This document shows positions 56,934 to 64,000 of a stretch of 64,000 bases of DNA, piece by piece. The stretch is taken from the IMG/VR virus record IMGVR_UViG_3300025838_000035, positions 1 through 64,000 of that record, one strand, 5' to 3'. The number at the start of each line of letters is the position of its first letter. The first letter of the stretch is position 1. The notes beneath the pieces were generated by a model. That model had not been told where the DNA came from and did no database searches. It was given only the letters and a program-made list of their open reading frames with translations. The stretch is from a virus (Duplodnaviria; Caudoviricetes). The translations under genes were made by a program, and so were the position numbers.

Positions 56934-57613
56934 TAGATCATCCTACCTTTCATCTTAGGTTGCATTGCCTTTGTGTGGCCCTTCTTTTGAACAGGGTGCT
57001 CACCATGTTTCAAATGACCGCCAGCTTCAACGTGCTTCATGTGTGTTTCTTTAACATGACCGCCAGTAGCCATTTTCTTCACATGAGCTTTACCGCCATG
57101 CTTATAGTTACCAACGTCATTGCCCTTCATCTTTTCTTCCAAAGCACGGGTATGACCACGCTTTTGAACAGCATGTTCACCATGCTTAAGATGCTTTTCA
57201 CCTGCTTCAATTTCAGGATCCTCAACTGGGCCACCGTGAGCCATCTTCTTCGTGCCACCTTTGTGCATATGGAGATGATGCTCTGCCATAGCCAAGTGAT
57301 GATGAGCTAATGTCTTATGGTGTTCTTTGCTCAAGCCACCATGCTTCATGCCCATAGGAGCAGCACCAGGCATTTGAGCTCCCATCATAGGAGTAGCAGC
57401 TACCGTAGGAGCTGGACGTCTTGCGGCCATCTTCATGGCTCTAACTGCGTTAGGATTGATTGGCATATCTCCACCTTTTCTAAAATGTTTGCCTTTATCG
57501 GCTTCTACAAAGTCCTTACCCACGGATTGCGGTATTCCTACCTTCTTGGCCATCTTTGGATTGTGGGCAACCATTTCCATAAGACGGTGTTGCTTAGCTG
57601 ATTTACTTGGCAT
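56933..57613 (-). CDS. Basic His-rich virion protein with repeated xxGG motifs
   Basis: MPSKSAKQHRLM..KKVGIPQSVGKDF; MAHGG, MATGG, KHGG; HAVQKRGHT/HPVQKKGHT repeat. Confidence 0.6.
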   Translation of the reverse strand: MPSKSAKQHRLMEMVAHNPKMAKKVGIPQSVGKDFVEADKGKHFRKGGDMPINPNAVRAMKMAARRPAPTVAATPMMGAQMPGAAPMGMKHGGLSKEHHKTLAHHHLAMAEHHLHMHKGGTKKMAHGGPVEDPEIEAGEKHLKHGEHAVQKRGHTRALEEKMKGNDVGNYKHGGKAHVKKMATGGHVKETHMKHVEAGGHLKHGEHPVQKKGHTKAMQPKMKGRMI

Positions 57614-57614
57614 A

Positions 57615-57860
57615 TCAACAGTTCCAAGCTCTCAAAGACTTGTTGATCCTACTATTAGGATCTTTTGCAGTCTTTGTTGAAGTTAATTCTCTCTTCATGC
57701 CTTCCATTCTGGCGCAGAAAGAATCCCTACGCTTACCGCCTTTTGGCTGGGGAGGTTTTAAATTCATCCCCTGTTTCTTAGCGGAAGCACGACCCTTTGC
57801 GTTTAAACCGCCGTTCGGGTTCTTACCCTCTTTGCGTTGCCAAGCTGGGGTCGTTGCCAT
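57615..57860 (-). CDS. Small basic conserved phage protein (DUF6321-like)
   Basis: AWQRKEGKNPNGGLNAKGRAS..SFCARM..SRINKSLRAWNC; start set at MATTP. Confidence 0.6.
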   Translation of the reverse strand: MATTPAWQRKEGKNPNGGLNAKGRASAKKQGMNLKPPQPKGGKRRDSFCARMEGMKRELTSTKTAKDPNSRINKSLRAWNC

Positions 57861-57861
57861 G

Positions 57862-58644
57862 TTATGCGCTTCCAGAGTCCGAGTTGAAAACCTGATATCC
57901 CTCAACAACAATACCAGCACCAACTGTTCCTGTGCCAATCTTTAGCTGATACTGAATATCAGTCTTAGGGCCAAACTGGAATGGAATACTTTTGGTCACA
58001 ATAAAGTTATTGACGAAAGGCTCTTGCAACACACTTAACTGAGCACCAGAAATACTGTTATAAGATACAGCTTGATATACAAGTGTAGATGTTCCTGATG
58101 CCGTGTAAGCGTTGTTAGTGTTAATTGTTACTTGAGTAAAGTAAAAATTACAGTTGTTTGGAACGGTATAAACCGCCATCTGACTCTTGCCAATACCAGC
58201 ATTAATGTACGCATAAACATTGGTGTTTGTTGCTGTACAAGTAATCTGACCAATATTGGTTTTTTGTGATCCAGCTGGGGTGTTTAAAACCAATCCCTGA
58301 ATTCTTAGATAGTTATTTACAGTAGTAGCAGTAGCTCCAGAGCCACCACTAGCCATAATAACAATCTCAGAAATAGGATTAAAGTTCTTGTCCAAACCAT
58401 TAACAATAATAGTTGCACCAACATCTGATGCGCTATTACTGCCAATCGTCATTACAGAAGGACTGGTCAAATAAGCTGGATATGTAGCAGCAGTTTCCCA
58501 AATTGGAATGAATGAAGTTCCAACTGATGCTTGATATCCAAAAATATTAATAGCACTGTGTTGTGCTATCTGACCACGAGCTACTTGTAGGGCAAACGGT
58601 TCCGTCTTCCCGTTACGGGTGATGGAAGAAGTTTGTGCAGACAT
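57862..58644 (-). CDS. Structural protein
   Basis: EPFALQVARGQI..IFGY..IWE..GKSQMAVYTVP. Confidence 0.6.
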   Translation of the reverse strand: MSAQTSSITRNGKTEPFALQVARGQIAQHSAINIFGYQASVGTSFIPIWETAATYPAYLTSPSVMTIGSNSASDVGATIIVNGLDKNFNPISEIVIMASGGSGATATTVNNYLRIQGLVLNTPAGSQKTNIGQITCTATNTNVYAYINAGIGKSQMAVYTVPNNCNFYFTQVTINTNNAYTASGTSTLVYQAVSYNSISGAQLSVLQEPFVNNFIVTKSIPFQFGPKTDIQYQLKIGTGTVGAGIVVEGYQVFNSDSGSA

Positions 58645-58656
58645 AATTAATCTCCT

Positions 58657-58680
58657 TTAAAGAGGGGGCCGAAGCCCCCG
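58657..58680 (-). terminator. Probable terminator hairpin
   Basis: GGGGGC-TTCG-GCCCCC then TCTTT. Confidence 0.55.
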
Positions 58681-58685
58681 ATTAA

Positions 58686-59399
58686 TTAGTCAAAGTTACC
58701 GTAGGGGTAAGTTGTAGAGTTACCGATGTTCATGTCATTCTGGTTGTAACGAATTGTTACTTCAACTTGACCAGAAGAAAGACCAGCTACTGAAGTAGTC
58801 ATCTTCAATGTAACAACAACTTGAGAGAACCATGAAGGTTGTTGACCAGGCTGCAAGTTTTGGAAATCTTGCAATGTGGCGTTGCTGTTTGTTAACTGTG
58901 AGCCAACATAAGTACCTGTGTATCTTTGAGCAGCAGGGCTAGAGATATTGGCAAATGTTGCATACACGCCAGTAGATGTTGCAAAGTTATTTGAAACATA
59001 AGGCTGGATAGCGGTCACAGCCAAAGGTGTGCCAGCACTATCTTTAGGTATTGTACCAATGTCAAGGATAACATCGGTAATGTTACAGCTATAGGGCAAA
59101 TAGAATACTACGCCACGATAAACTGTAGTTGTAGCATCAGCCGTAGGAGCCGTAGCTACCGTTGGGCCTGTTGCGCTATACACGCCAGATTGAGGCGTAT
59201 AAATAACACCATTGCTATTTGGAATGTTGTTCGAAGCTACAAACTGACCAGAACCACCACCATAGTTAGCGGTATTAGCCGTTGTAACTGAAAAATCCAA
59301 TAGAGCTGTTTGAACTAAATCTGTATAGCCAATATCTCTAACGGGGCCAAATCTATTGTCACCCGATAGGATTGGGCCTTCAAAGGTACTGCGTCCCAT
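58686..59399 (-). CDS. Capsid-associated / decoration-like protein
   Basis: MGRSTFEGPILSG N-terminus; directly downstream of MCP. Confidence 0.55.
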   Translation of the reverse strand: MGRSTFEGPILSGDNRFGPVRDIGYTDLVQTALLDFSVTTANTANYGGGSGQFVASNNIPNSNGVIYTPQSGVYSATGPTVATAPTADATTTVYRGVVFYLPYSCNITDVILDIGTIPKDSAGTPLAVTAIQPYVSNNFATSTGVYATFANISSPAAQRYTGTYVGSQLTNSNATLQDFQNLQPGQQPSWFSQVVVTLKMTTSVAGLSSGQVEVTIRYNQNDMNIGNSTTYPYGNFD

Positions 59400-59417
59400 A
59401 ATAATTCCTTATGCAAA

Positions 59418-59482
59418 AGTCTCTTGTTAATCGTTGCATCGTCTGCTGGGCCAGTAGCAACAAGAGGAAAACTCCCAGATGC
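59418..59482 (-). promoter_or_regulatory. Structured 5' leader (H-type pseudoknot candidate)
   Basis: GCATC/GATGC and CTGGG/CCCAG interleaved with CTCTTGTT/AACAAGAG; putative promoter TTGCAT-16-TAATAT just upstream. Confidence 0.4.
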
Positions 59483-59527
59483 TTAATATTACTACTTTTT
59501 AAAATTAATGCAAATGTTTTTTACAAT

Positions 59528-59577
59528 AAAAAAGCCCCACTTTTTGGGTGGGGCCAAAAGCTCAGGGGGGAGCTTTT
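59528..59577 (-). terminator. Double-hairpin terminator after major capsid gene
   Basis: AAAAGCTC/GAGCTTTT hairpin, then GCCCCAC/GTGGGGC followed by TTTTTT. Confidence 0.7.
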
Positions 59578-59579
59578 AA

Positions 59580-60482
59580 TTAATAGGAACCGTAGATTCC
59601 CAATGGATCAGACCATCCGAAGCTATAACGCTCACGAGACTTGTAACGAACGTTACCAGTATCGAAGTCACCATCCATGCTATTTTGCAAGGGGGTGCGA
59701 ACGAAGTGCTTCATACCGTTAGGTACATCAGTAGTCAAGAACCAAGCATTGGTAGCTGTCAAGAAGTGGTTAATGGTGTAACCCTCTGGAACAGAACCGT
59801 TGTTCTTGATAGCGTTGATGTCGTTGTTGTTTGTACCAACACGCAATTCAGTATCGAGCAAACGAGTTGCAACGAACTGGAGAGCAGGAGGAACAATCAA
59901 CTTCTGGGGACGGGCAGCGATCAATAAGCCACGCTCATCTGTCCATGCAGCGATTTGAATAACTGCATTTTCCAATGCGGTTTCATTCAAGTCAGCAGGA
60001 GTAGAAGGAGTGTTAGCGTTAGTACCACCAGACACCAAGGGGTGAGCTGTATTGAACAGAGACACGCCATCACCACCAACGTAGGCAGAGTTGAAACCGT
60101 TGTTCAAAACGGCAGCAGCTTTAACCTGTTTGGTGTATGCCATCGCACGAGCCAAGCCTTTGGTATAGCGAGCAGACAAAGAATCGTAGAGGTTATCTTC
60201 GATAGCTTCTTCTGTTAAGCTAAAGCCAAGGGCAATAGTTTCGTGGTTGTAGCGAGCAGTCCATGCTTCTTGTGCATTGTCATAGCTGATGGCAGTACCT
60301 TCAGGCTTGACTGGTGCAGCAGAAAAACCAGACAGTTTTGTCTCTTCTTCAAAAGAACGCTCAGAGGTTTCTGTTTCATAGATCTCTTTGTGTTCTTCAC
60401 CATAACGTGCATACTCTAAACCGAACAAAGCGTTCAAGCCTGGGAGCAGCTCTTTCAATAGTTGTGCGCGTGAAATAGCCAT
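59580..60482 (-). CDS. Major capsid protein
   Basis: MAISRAQLLKELLPGLNALFG..ERSFEEE..LIVPPALQF..GDFDTGNVRYKSRERYSFGWSD; position after scaffold. Confidence 0.85.
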   Translation of the reverse strand: MAISRAQLLKELLPGLNALFGLEYARYGEEHKEIYETETSERSFEEETKLSGFSAAPVKPEGTAISYDNAQEAWTARYNHETIALGFSLTEEAIEDNLYDSLSARYTKGLARAMAYTKQVKAAAVLNNGFNSAYVGGDGVSLFNTAHPLVSGGTNANTPSTPADLNETALENAVIQIAAWTDERGLLIAARPQKLIVPPALQFVATRLLDTELRVGTNNNDINAIKNNGSVPEGYTINHFLTATNAWFLTTDVPNGMKHFVRTPLQNSMDGDFDTGNVRYKSRERYSFGWSDPLGIYGSY

Positions 60483-60497
60483 TTGTTAGCTCCTTAA

Positions 60498-61397
60498 TTA
60501 AACGCCAGTAGCATTAAAGTATGAATGGTAACCAAAGTTCCATTGTACTAATGCTTCAGGGAAACCGACAAAACTGTATGTCGAACCAGACGCTGTTGTA
60601 CCGATAGCGTTAGCTACAGTGACAGACGTACCACTTACTTGAGTTACATAGTTGTAATTACCTTGAGCACTGTTAGTCGCTCCAGATGCAGTACAAATGA
60701 CTTGCATACCAGGTTGAATAGCAGAGTTGGCAGATGACAACGTAATGGTAGAGCTCGATGATGAACCAGTTGCTTGAACCACAACTTGTGTATCAGTTAC
60801 TGTTTGGATGATGCGGAAAGCGCCACCGCTAGTATTGCGAGTATTACCTTGAGTTGTACCACCAGCAAGGAAAGTACCAGTCAAACCCATACCAGAGTCA
60901 CCAGTAGTAGTGTTGCCAGAAGCAGAACCACCATTAGAACCATTGGTAATCAAGAGAGCATTTGTACCCACGAAAGCTTCACTGATATAACCAACGGCCG
61001 TACCAGGTGTGTTGCTAACTGAGCTAGTGCTTTGAGTTTGGAATGCTGCTTTGAAGACAACTTGAGGATCATCAACGATGTAAGCAACTGCATAGTTCGA
61101 CACTGTACTGGCAGGCCAGTATTGTGAACGAATAATTTGGCCTGAAGAGTTGGTGTATTCACAACCAACAAACACGCCAATAGTACCGTTAACAGGAGAA
61201 GTTGCTGCGCCCAAAGTAGTTACTGCAAGAGTACCACCTGAGAGCTGAACTACGTCACCGTTAAAAAAGTTGTAACCATAACCAGAAGAAATAGGAACCA
61301 TACGAGTAGAACCCGCAAACACCCTACCTCCAGTTAAGCTTACTGGTTTTAAGCCGTACACGGCTGAAACGACAGGATAAGCCATTTTGAACTCCAA
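60498..61397 (-). CDS. Head decoration-like protein
   Basis: YGLKPV..GYGYNFFNGDVV..GVFVGCEYT..AYIVDDP; immediately upstream of MCP. Confidence 0.55.
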   Translation of the reverse strand: MEFKMAYPVVSAVYGLKPVSLTGGRVFAGSTRMVPISSGYGYNFFNGDVVQLSGGTLAVTTLGAATSPVNGTIGVFVGCEYTNSSGQIIRSQYWPASTVSNYAVAYIVDDPQVVFKAAFQTQSTSSVSNTPGTAVGYISEAFVGTNALLITNGSNGGSASGNTTTGDSGMGLTGTFLAGGTTQGNTRNTSGGAFRIIQTVTDTQVVVQATGSSSSSTITLSSANSAIQPGMQVICTASGATNSAQGNYNYVTQVSGTSVTVANAIGTTASGSTYSFVGFPEALVQWNFGYHSYFNATGV

Positions 61398-61402
61398 AAG
61401 TT

Positions 61403-61855
61403 TTAGACAGAACCTCTGCCAAATGTAGTCGTAGACTTCCTCTCATTGAAGATCGGCATTCTAGGATCACTCTGGCGCATAAGATTGTTATCTACTGCAT
61501 CTGTTTGTTGACGGGTAACATTGGCATAGTATGCCTTTTCTTGTTGCCCCATCTCCTCTGGACGCTTGCAAAGTAACAATCCGCCAATCAAGATGTTGTC
61601 TTTATAACGTCCATCAGGATCAGCTAACAATTTCATATGCGGCTGCTCTTCAATTCTGACTGCCTCCCAACCTTCTCTGTATGAGGAAGAAATATTCCTC
61701 TGGTCAGGTTCATTCAAAATCGAAACCCGCTTCCAGTGATATTCATAACCAGCTTCCTTGATCGGCTCTGGAAGAGTTTCAGGCGGCCTCCATTGTTGGG
61801 GACGGGCGCTTTTCTCTCTATTACTTAATTCACGGGGTACTCTGTTCTCAGCCAT
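61403..61855 (-). CDS. Head assembly protein (hypothetical)
   Basis: WRPPETLP..GYEYHWKR..REGWE..GGLLLCK. Confidence 0.55.
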   Translation of the reverse strand: MAENRVPRELSNREKSARPQQWRPPETLPEPIKEAGYEYHWKRVSILNEPDQRNISSSYREGWEAVRIEEQPHMKLLADPDGRYKDNILIGGLLLCKRPEEMGQQEKAYYANVTRQQTDAVDNNLMRQSDPRMPIFNERKSTTTFGRGSV

Positions 61856-62811
61856 TATTGATTCTCCAAGTTACGTTTAGCATCAGCATATTGTTGTGGG
61901 GTTAAACCTAGTTTCTTGGCTATTGCCATTTCACTCTGTTTCATTTTGACCACTTTCGAAGCGGTGCTTCTAGTCGCGGGGGCCACAACAGTGCTCGGTT
62001 TTGTACGAGTTTCGCTTTTCTCTTCAACTGGTTCATCAAAACTTTCTGGGAACCGCCTACGCATTGTCTTGTCTAACGTTGAGTAGTATGCTTCAGAGCC
62101 AACTGCCACACCTTGCCTCTCTAGTTTCCTATGAAGGCCAAGAGCTGCTGCTGTCATTTCCTCGTCTTGTCCGAACCAAGGATTTCGTTCCTGCCATTCC
62201 TGCGCTTTTCTGTCAGCACGGGGAGCTTGAACTTGCTCTTGTTGCGTTTGTACCTCAAATTTTTCCTCCTGTAAAGGGGGCATTTTGAAGCTTTGCGCTT
62301 GCAAAAGGCGCAAATTCGCTTGTTGCATCTTGTTTTGAGCTTCAACAATAGCGTCTGTATCACCAGACTCATATGCCTGTTTATAGGCATTTTTTGCCAT
62401 CTGAAGCTCAAGATTTGCTGCATTATTGAGGGTATTTGCGTACTCTTGACCCCCAGATTGCAACATTCCCTTGATGCGTTTGTTCTCTTCTAGCAAACGT
62501 TGCGCTAAAGTGACGGCCTGCTGTTGCTCTCGCTGTGCGGCTTCCTTCTCTCTACGCTCGTCATGCCACACTCGCTTCATTTGAATGAGCTTGTCTTTGG
62601 CATCTTTGCTATATTTGTCGAGATCATCTGTCTCGACTTCAAGATTCTTGACAAATTCTTGCGGAACGGGCTTGCGGCCACGGTCTTCTGGAGGAGTATC
62701 GTCCTCAATTTCAATTTCAACGGATGATGAGTCCGACTCATCATTCACTTTAGTATTACTTTCTTCAAGTTCATCTGGAAACTTGAAGTCAAATTTATCA
62801 TTTTCAGCCAT
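61855..62811 (-). CDS. Capsid scaffolding protein
   Basis: Acidic N-terminus, long coiled coil, NPWFG, C-terminal AKKLGLTPQQYA. Confidence 0.65.
   Translation of the reverse strand: MAENDKFDFKFPDELEESNTKVNDESDSSSVEIEIEDDTPPEDRGRKPVPQEFVKNLEVETDDLDKYSKDAKDKLIQMKRVWHDERREKEAAQREQQQAVTLAQRLLEENKRIKGMLQSGGQEYANTLNNAANLELQMAKNAYKQAYESGDTDAIVEAQNKMQQANLRLLQAQSFKMPPLQEEKFEVQTQQEQVQAPRADRKAQEWQERNPWFGQDEEMTAAALGLHRKLERQGVAVGSEAYYSTLDKTMRRRFPESFDEPVEEKSETRTKPSTVVAPATRSTASKVVKMKQSEMAIAKKLGLTPQQYADAKRNLENQ
62724..62744. promoter_or_regulatory. Palindromic site, copy 4 (21-bp ATGATGAGTCCGACTCATCAT)
   Basis: Perfect 10-bp arms around a central C; core identical to copy 1. Confidence 0.55.
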
Positions 62812-62821
62812 GTTCAGCTCC

Positions 62822-63226
62822 TTAGTTTGAACGCTTGATGCCGCGTGGATCGTCTACCACCGCTTCAACCGTGTCATCGTTGATCATTCTGAATTCTCTA
62901 CCATGAATCAGCAATCGTGAGCCCGAATTCGGTCTAACAATCACAAAATCACCCTTTTTACACCACGGACCACTAGGGAAACGTGCAGTATCGGAGTAAC
63001 AATCAGGGCCAAGATCGACAACGAAAAGGACTGTAGCCAGTTTCTCTTCAAAGTTGACTGTCGAATCGGCTTTAACAATGCCGCTTTCGAACTCTTTTTC
63101 AACCTCAGGGATAGCGCAAAGAATGCGATAACCACTTGGCTTGGGTAGTTGTGTAGCCTTCTCTTCAGCAGGTACATTTAATAGTGCGGATAAGTCCACC
63201 GCTTGGGTTAAATCAACATCATTCAT
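62822..63226 (-). CDS. GroES-like co-chaperonin
   Basis: PSGYRIL..ESGIV..VVDLGPDCY..GDFVI..GREFRMINDDTVEAVV. Confidence 0.75.
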   Translation of the reverse strand: MNDVDLTQAVDLSALLNVPAEEKATQLPKPSGYRILCAIPEVEKEFESGIVKADSTVNFEEKLATVLFVVDLGPDCYSDTARFPSGPWCKKGDFVIVRPNSGSRLLIHGREFRMINDDTVEAVVDDPRGIKRSN

Positions 63227-63413
63227 CGTCCGAATGCTCCATTTTCTTTTTCAAGTCTAATATGTTTTGTCGTGCGACCAGCAGACCTCGTATCTCGCCG
63301 CACAAATTTAAATACTCAGAATAGTCTTTGGCTTGCCCGCTAGCTAACCAATCCTTGAGCATTACTACATTTGATTCCAGTTGTTGTACCAGAACATCTG
63401 ATGCATCCATCAC
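63219..63413 (-). CDS. Small hypothetical head-module protein
   Basis: LASGQAKDYSEY..CGEIRGL. Confidence 0.55.
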   Translation of the reverse strand: MMDASDVLVQQLESNVVMLKDWLASGQAKDYSEYLNLCGEIRGLLVARQNILDLKKKMEHSDDE

Positions 63414-64000
63414 TCTCCTTTAGGTTTCTTACTTGCCATTCGCTCTTGATGTTTGACCTGCATGATTGACTTCATGCCGTCTGCAACAAGCTCGTCCTTA
63501 GCCCGAGTATCAGCAGTTCTGTCTGCTAAATACTGCTTGGCCATCTCAACACCATGAGCAACCGAATCGGAATGCTTTTTGGTCTTGATCTCTGCCACCT
63601 TGGAAGCTGCTTCCATGTGTATCTTTTTCTCACCTATTTCATTAGCTTGTTGTCCAAGCATATGTTTAGATGCCGTTTGCGCCATTGCAATTTGTTGCTT
63701 AGATTGGTTTTGCGCCATAGCCACTTGTTGTTGTGACTGAATACGCATCTGCTCAATCTGCAACTGCTGCTGCTTGATCTGCAACTGCATTGCATCCATC
63801 TGGGCTTTCTGCTGTTGGGCTTGAGCCTTAAGCTGCAACTCTTGTTGTTGCATCTGAATAATTGGATCTTGCGCTTGTTGTTGAGCTTGTTGTTGTGCTG
63901 CTTGACCTTGAGATTGTTGTAACAATCTTTGAGCCGCCTGAGCAAGCAACGGAGCCAATTGAGCTTCCACCTTGGGATCCATCTTTTCCTGTTCGCCAGA
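63410..64000 (-). CDS. Portal protein C-terminal region (5'-truncated at window edge)
   Basis: Gln-rich coiled coil with DPIIQMQQQEL motif, upstream of the GroES/scaffold/MCP block. Confidence 0.55.
   Translation of the reverse strand, partial: SGEQEKMDPKVEAQLAPLLAQAAQRLLQQSQGQAAQQQAQQQAQDPIIQMQQQELQLKAQAQQQKAQMDAMQLQIKQQQLQIEQMRIQSQQQVAMAQNQSKQQIAMAQTASKHMLGQQANEIGEKKIHMEAASKVAEIKTKKHSDSVAHGVEMAKQYLADRTADTRAKDELVADGMKSIMQVKHQERMASKKPKGE

Noticed and set aside
59418-59482. HDV-like/theta ribozyme or SAM-II/preQ1 riboswitch
   Set aside because: Lacks the P1.1 GG pairing and P4 of HDV-like ribozymes and the conserved nucleotides of those riboswitches; kept only as an unnamed pseudoknot
1-64000. 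Stop-codon reassignment or Cys-codon recoding
   Set aside because: Long ORFs tile both segments under code 11 with normal overlaps; Cys occurs at expected positions in Zn-finger, lipobox and GH19 proteins
1-64000. Integrated prophage boundaries
   Set aside because: No integrase, att-like tRNA or bacterial housekeeping genes in the window

Overview
The window is entirely tailed-phage (Caudoviricetes, podovirus-like) DNA. No host genes, integrase, tRNA or CRISPR array were seen. It appears to hold parts of two related but distinct phage genomes. Segment A (~1-17.8 kb) has a + strand lysis, tail and ejection-protein module converging on a - strand nucleotide-metabolism/helicase block (divergent ThyX-like, DUF6378-like, HD hydrolase, nucleoside deoxyribosyltransferase-like, SNF2 helicase, VRR-NUC). 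Segment B (~17.9-64 kb) has repeat-built small ORFs, a ~650 bp cluster of structured non-coding elements including a c4-like antisense element, divergent promoters and a recombination block (PD-(D/E)XK exonuclease, RpoA alpha-CTD mimic, ERF). It then carries a complete - strand virion module from the portal C-terminus, scaffold and major capsid through tail fibres, a second lysis cassette and ejection proteins to a 2351-aa polyvalent protein. Top signals: (1) a TGT/DpdA-like domain inside the polyvalent protein; (2) a divergent ThyX-HD-NDT cluster suggesting a base-modification pathway; (3) a 13-bp palindrome TGAGTC(C/G)GACTCA present four times in segment B; (4) a recurring [FYM]xxGGx[VI] motif across many virion proteins; (5) TonB-box-like repeats in a segment A virion protein; (6) two paralogous tail and lysis modules in opposite orientation. 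All functional calls come from motif recognition by eye; no database searches were run.
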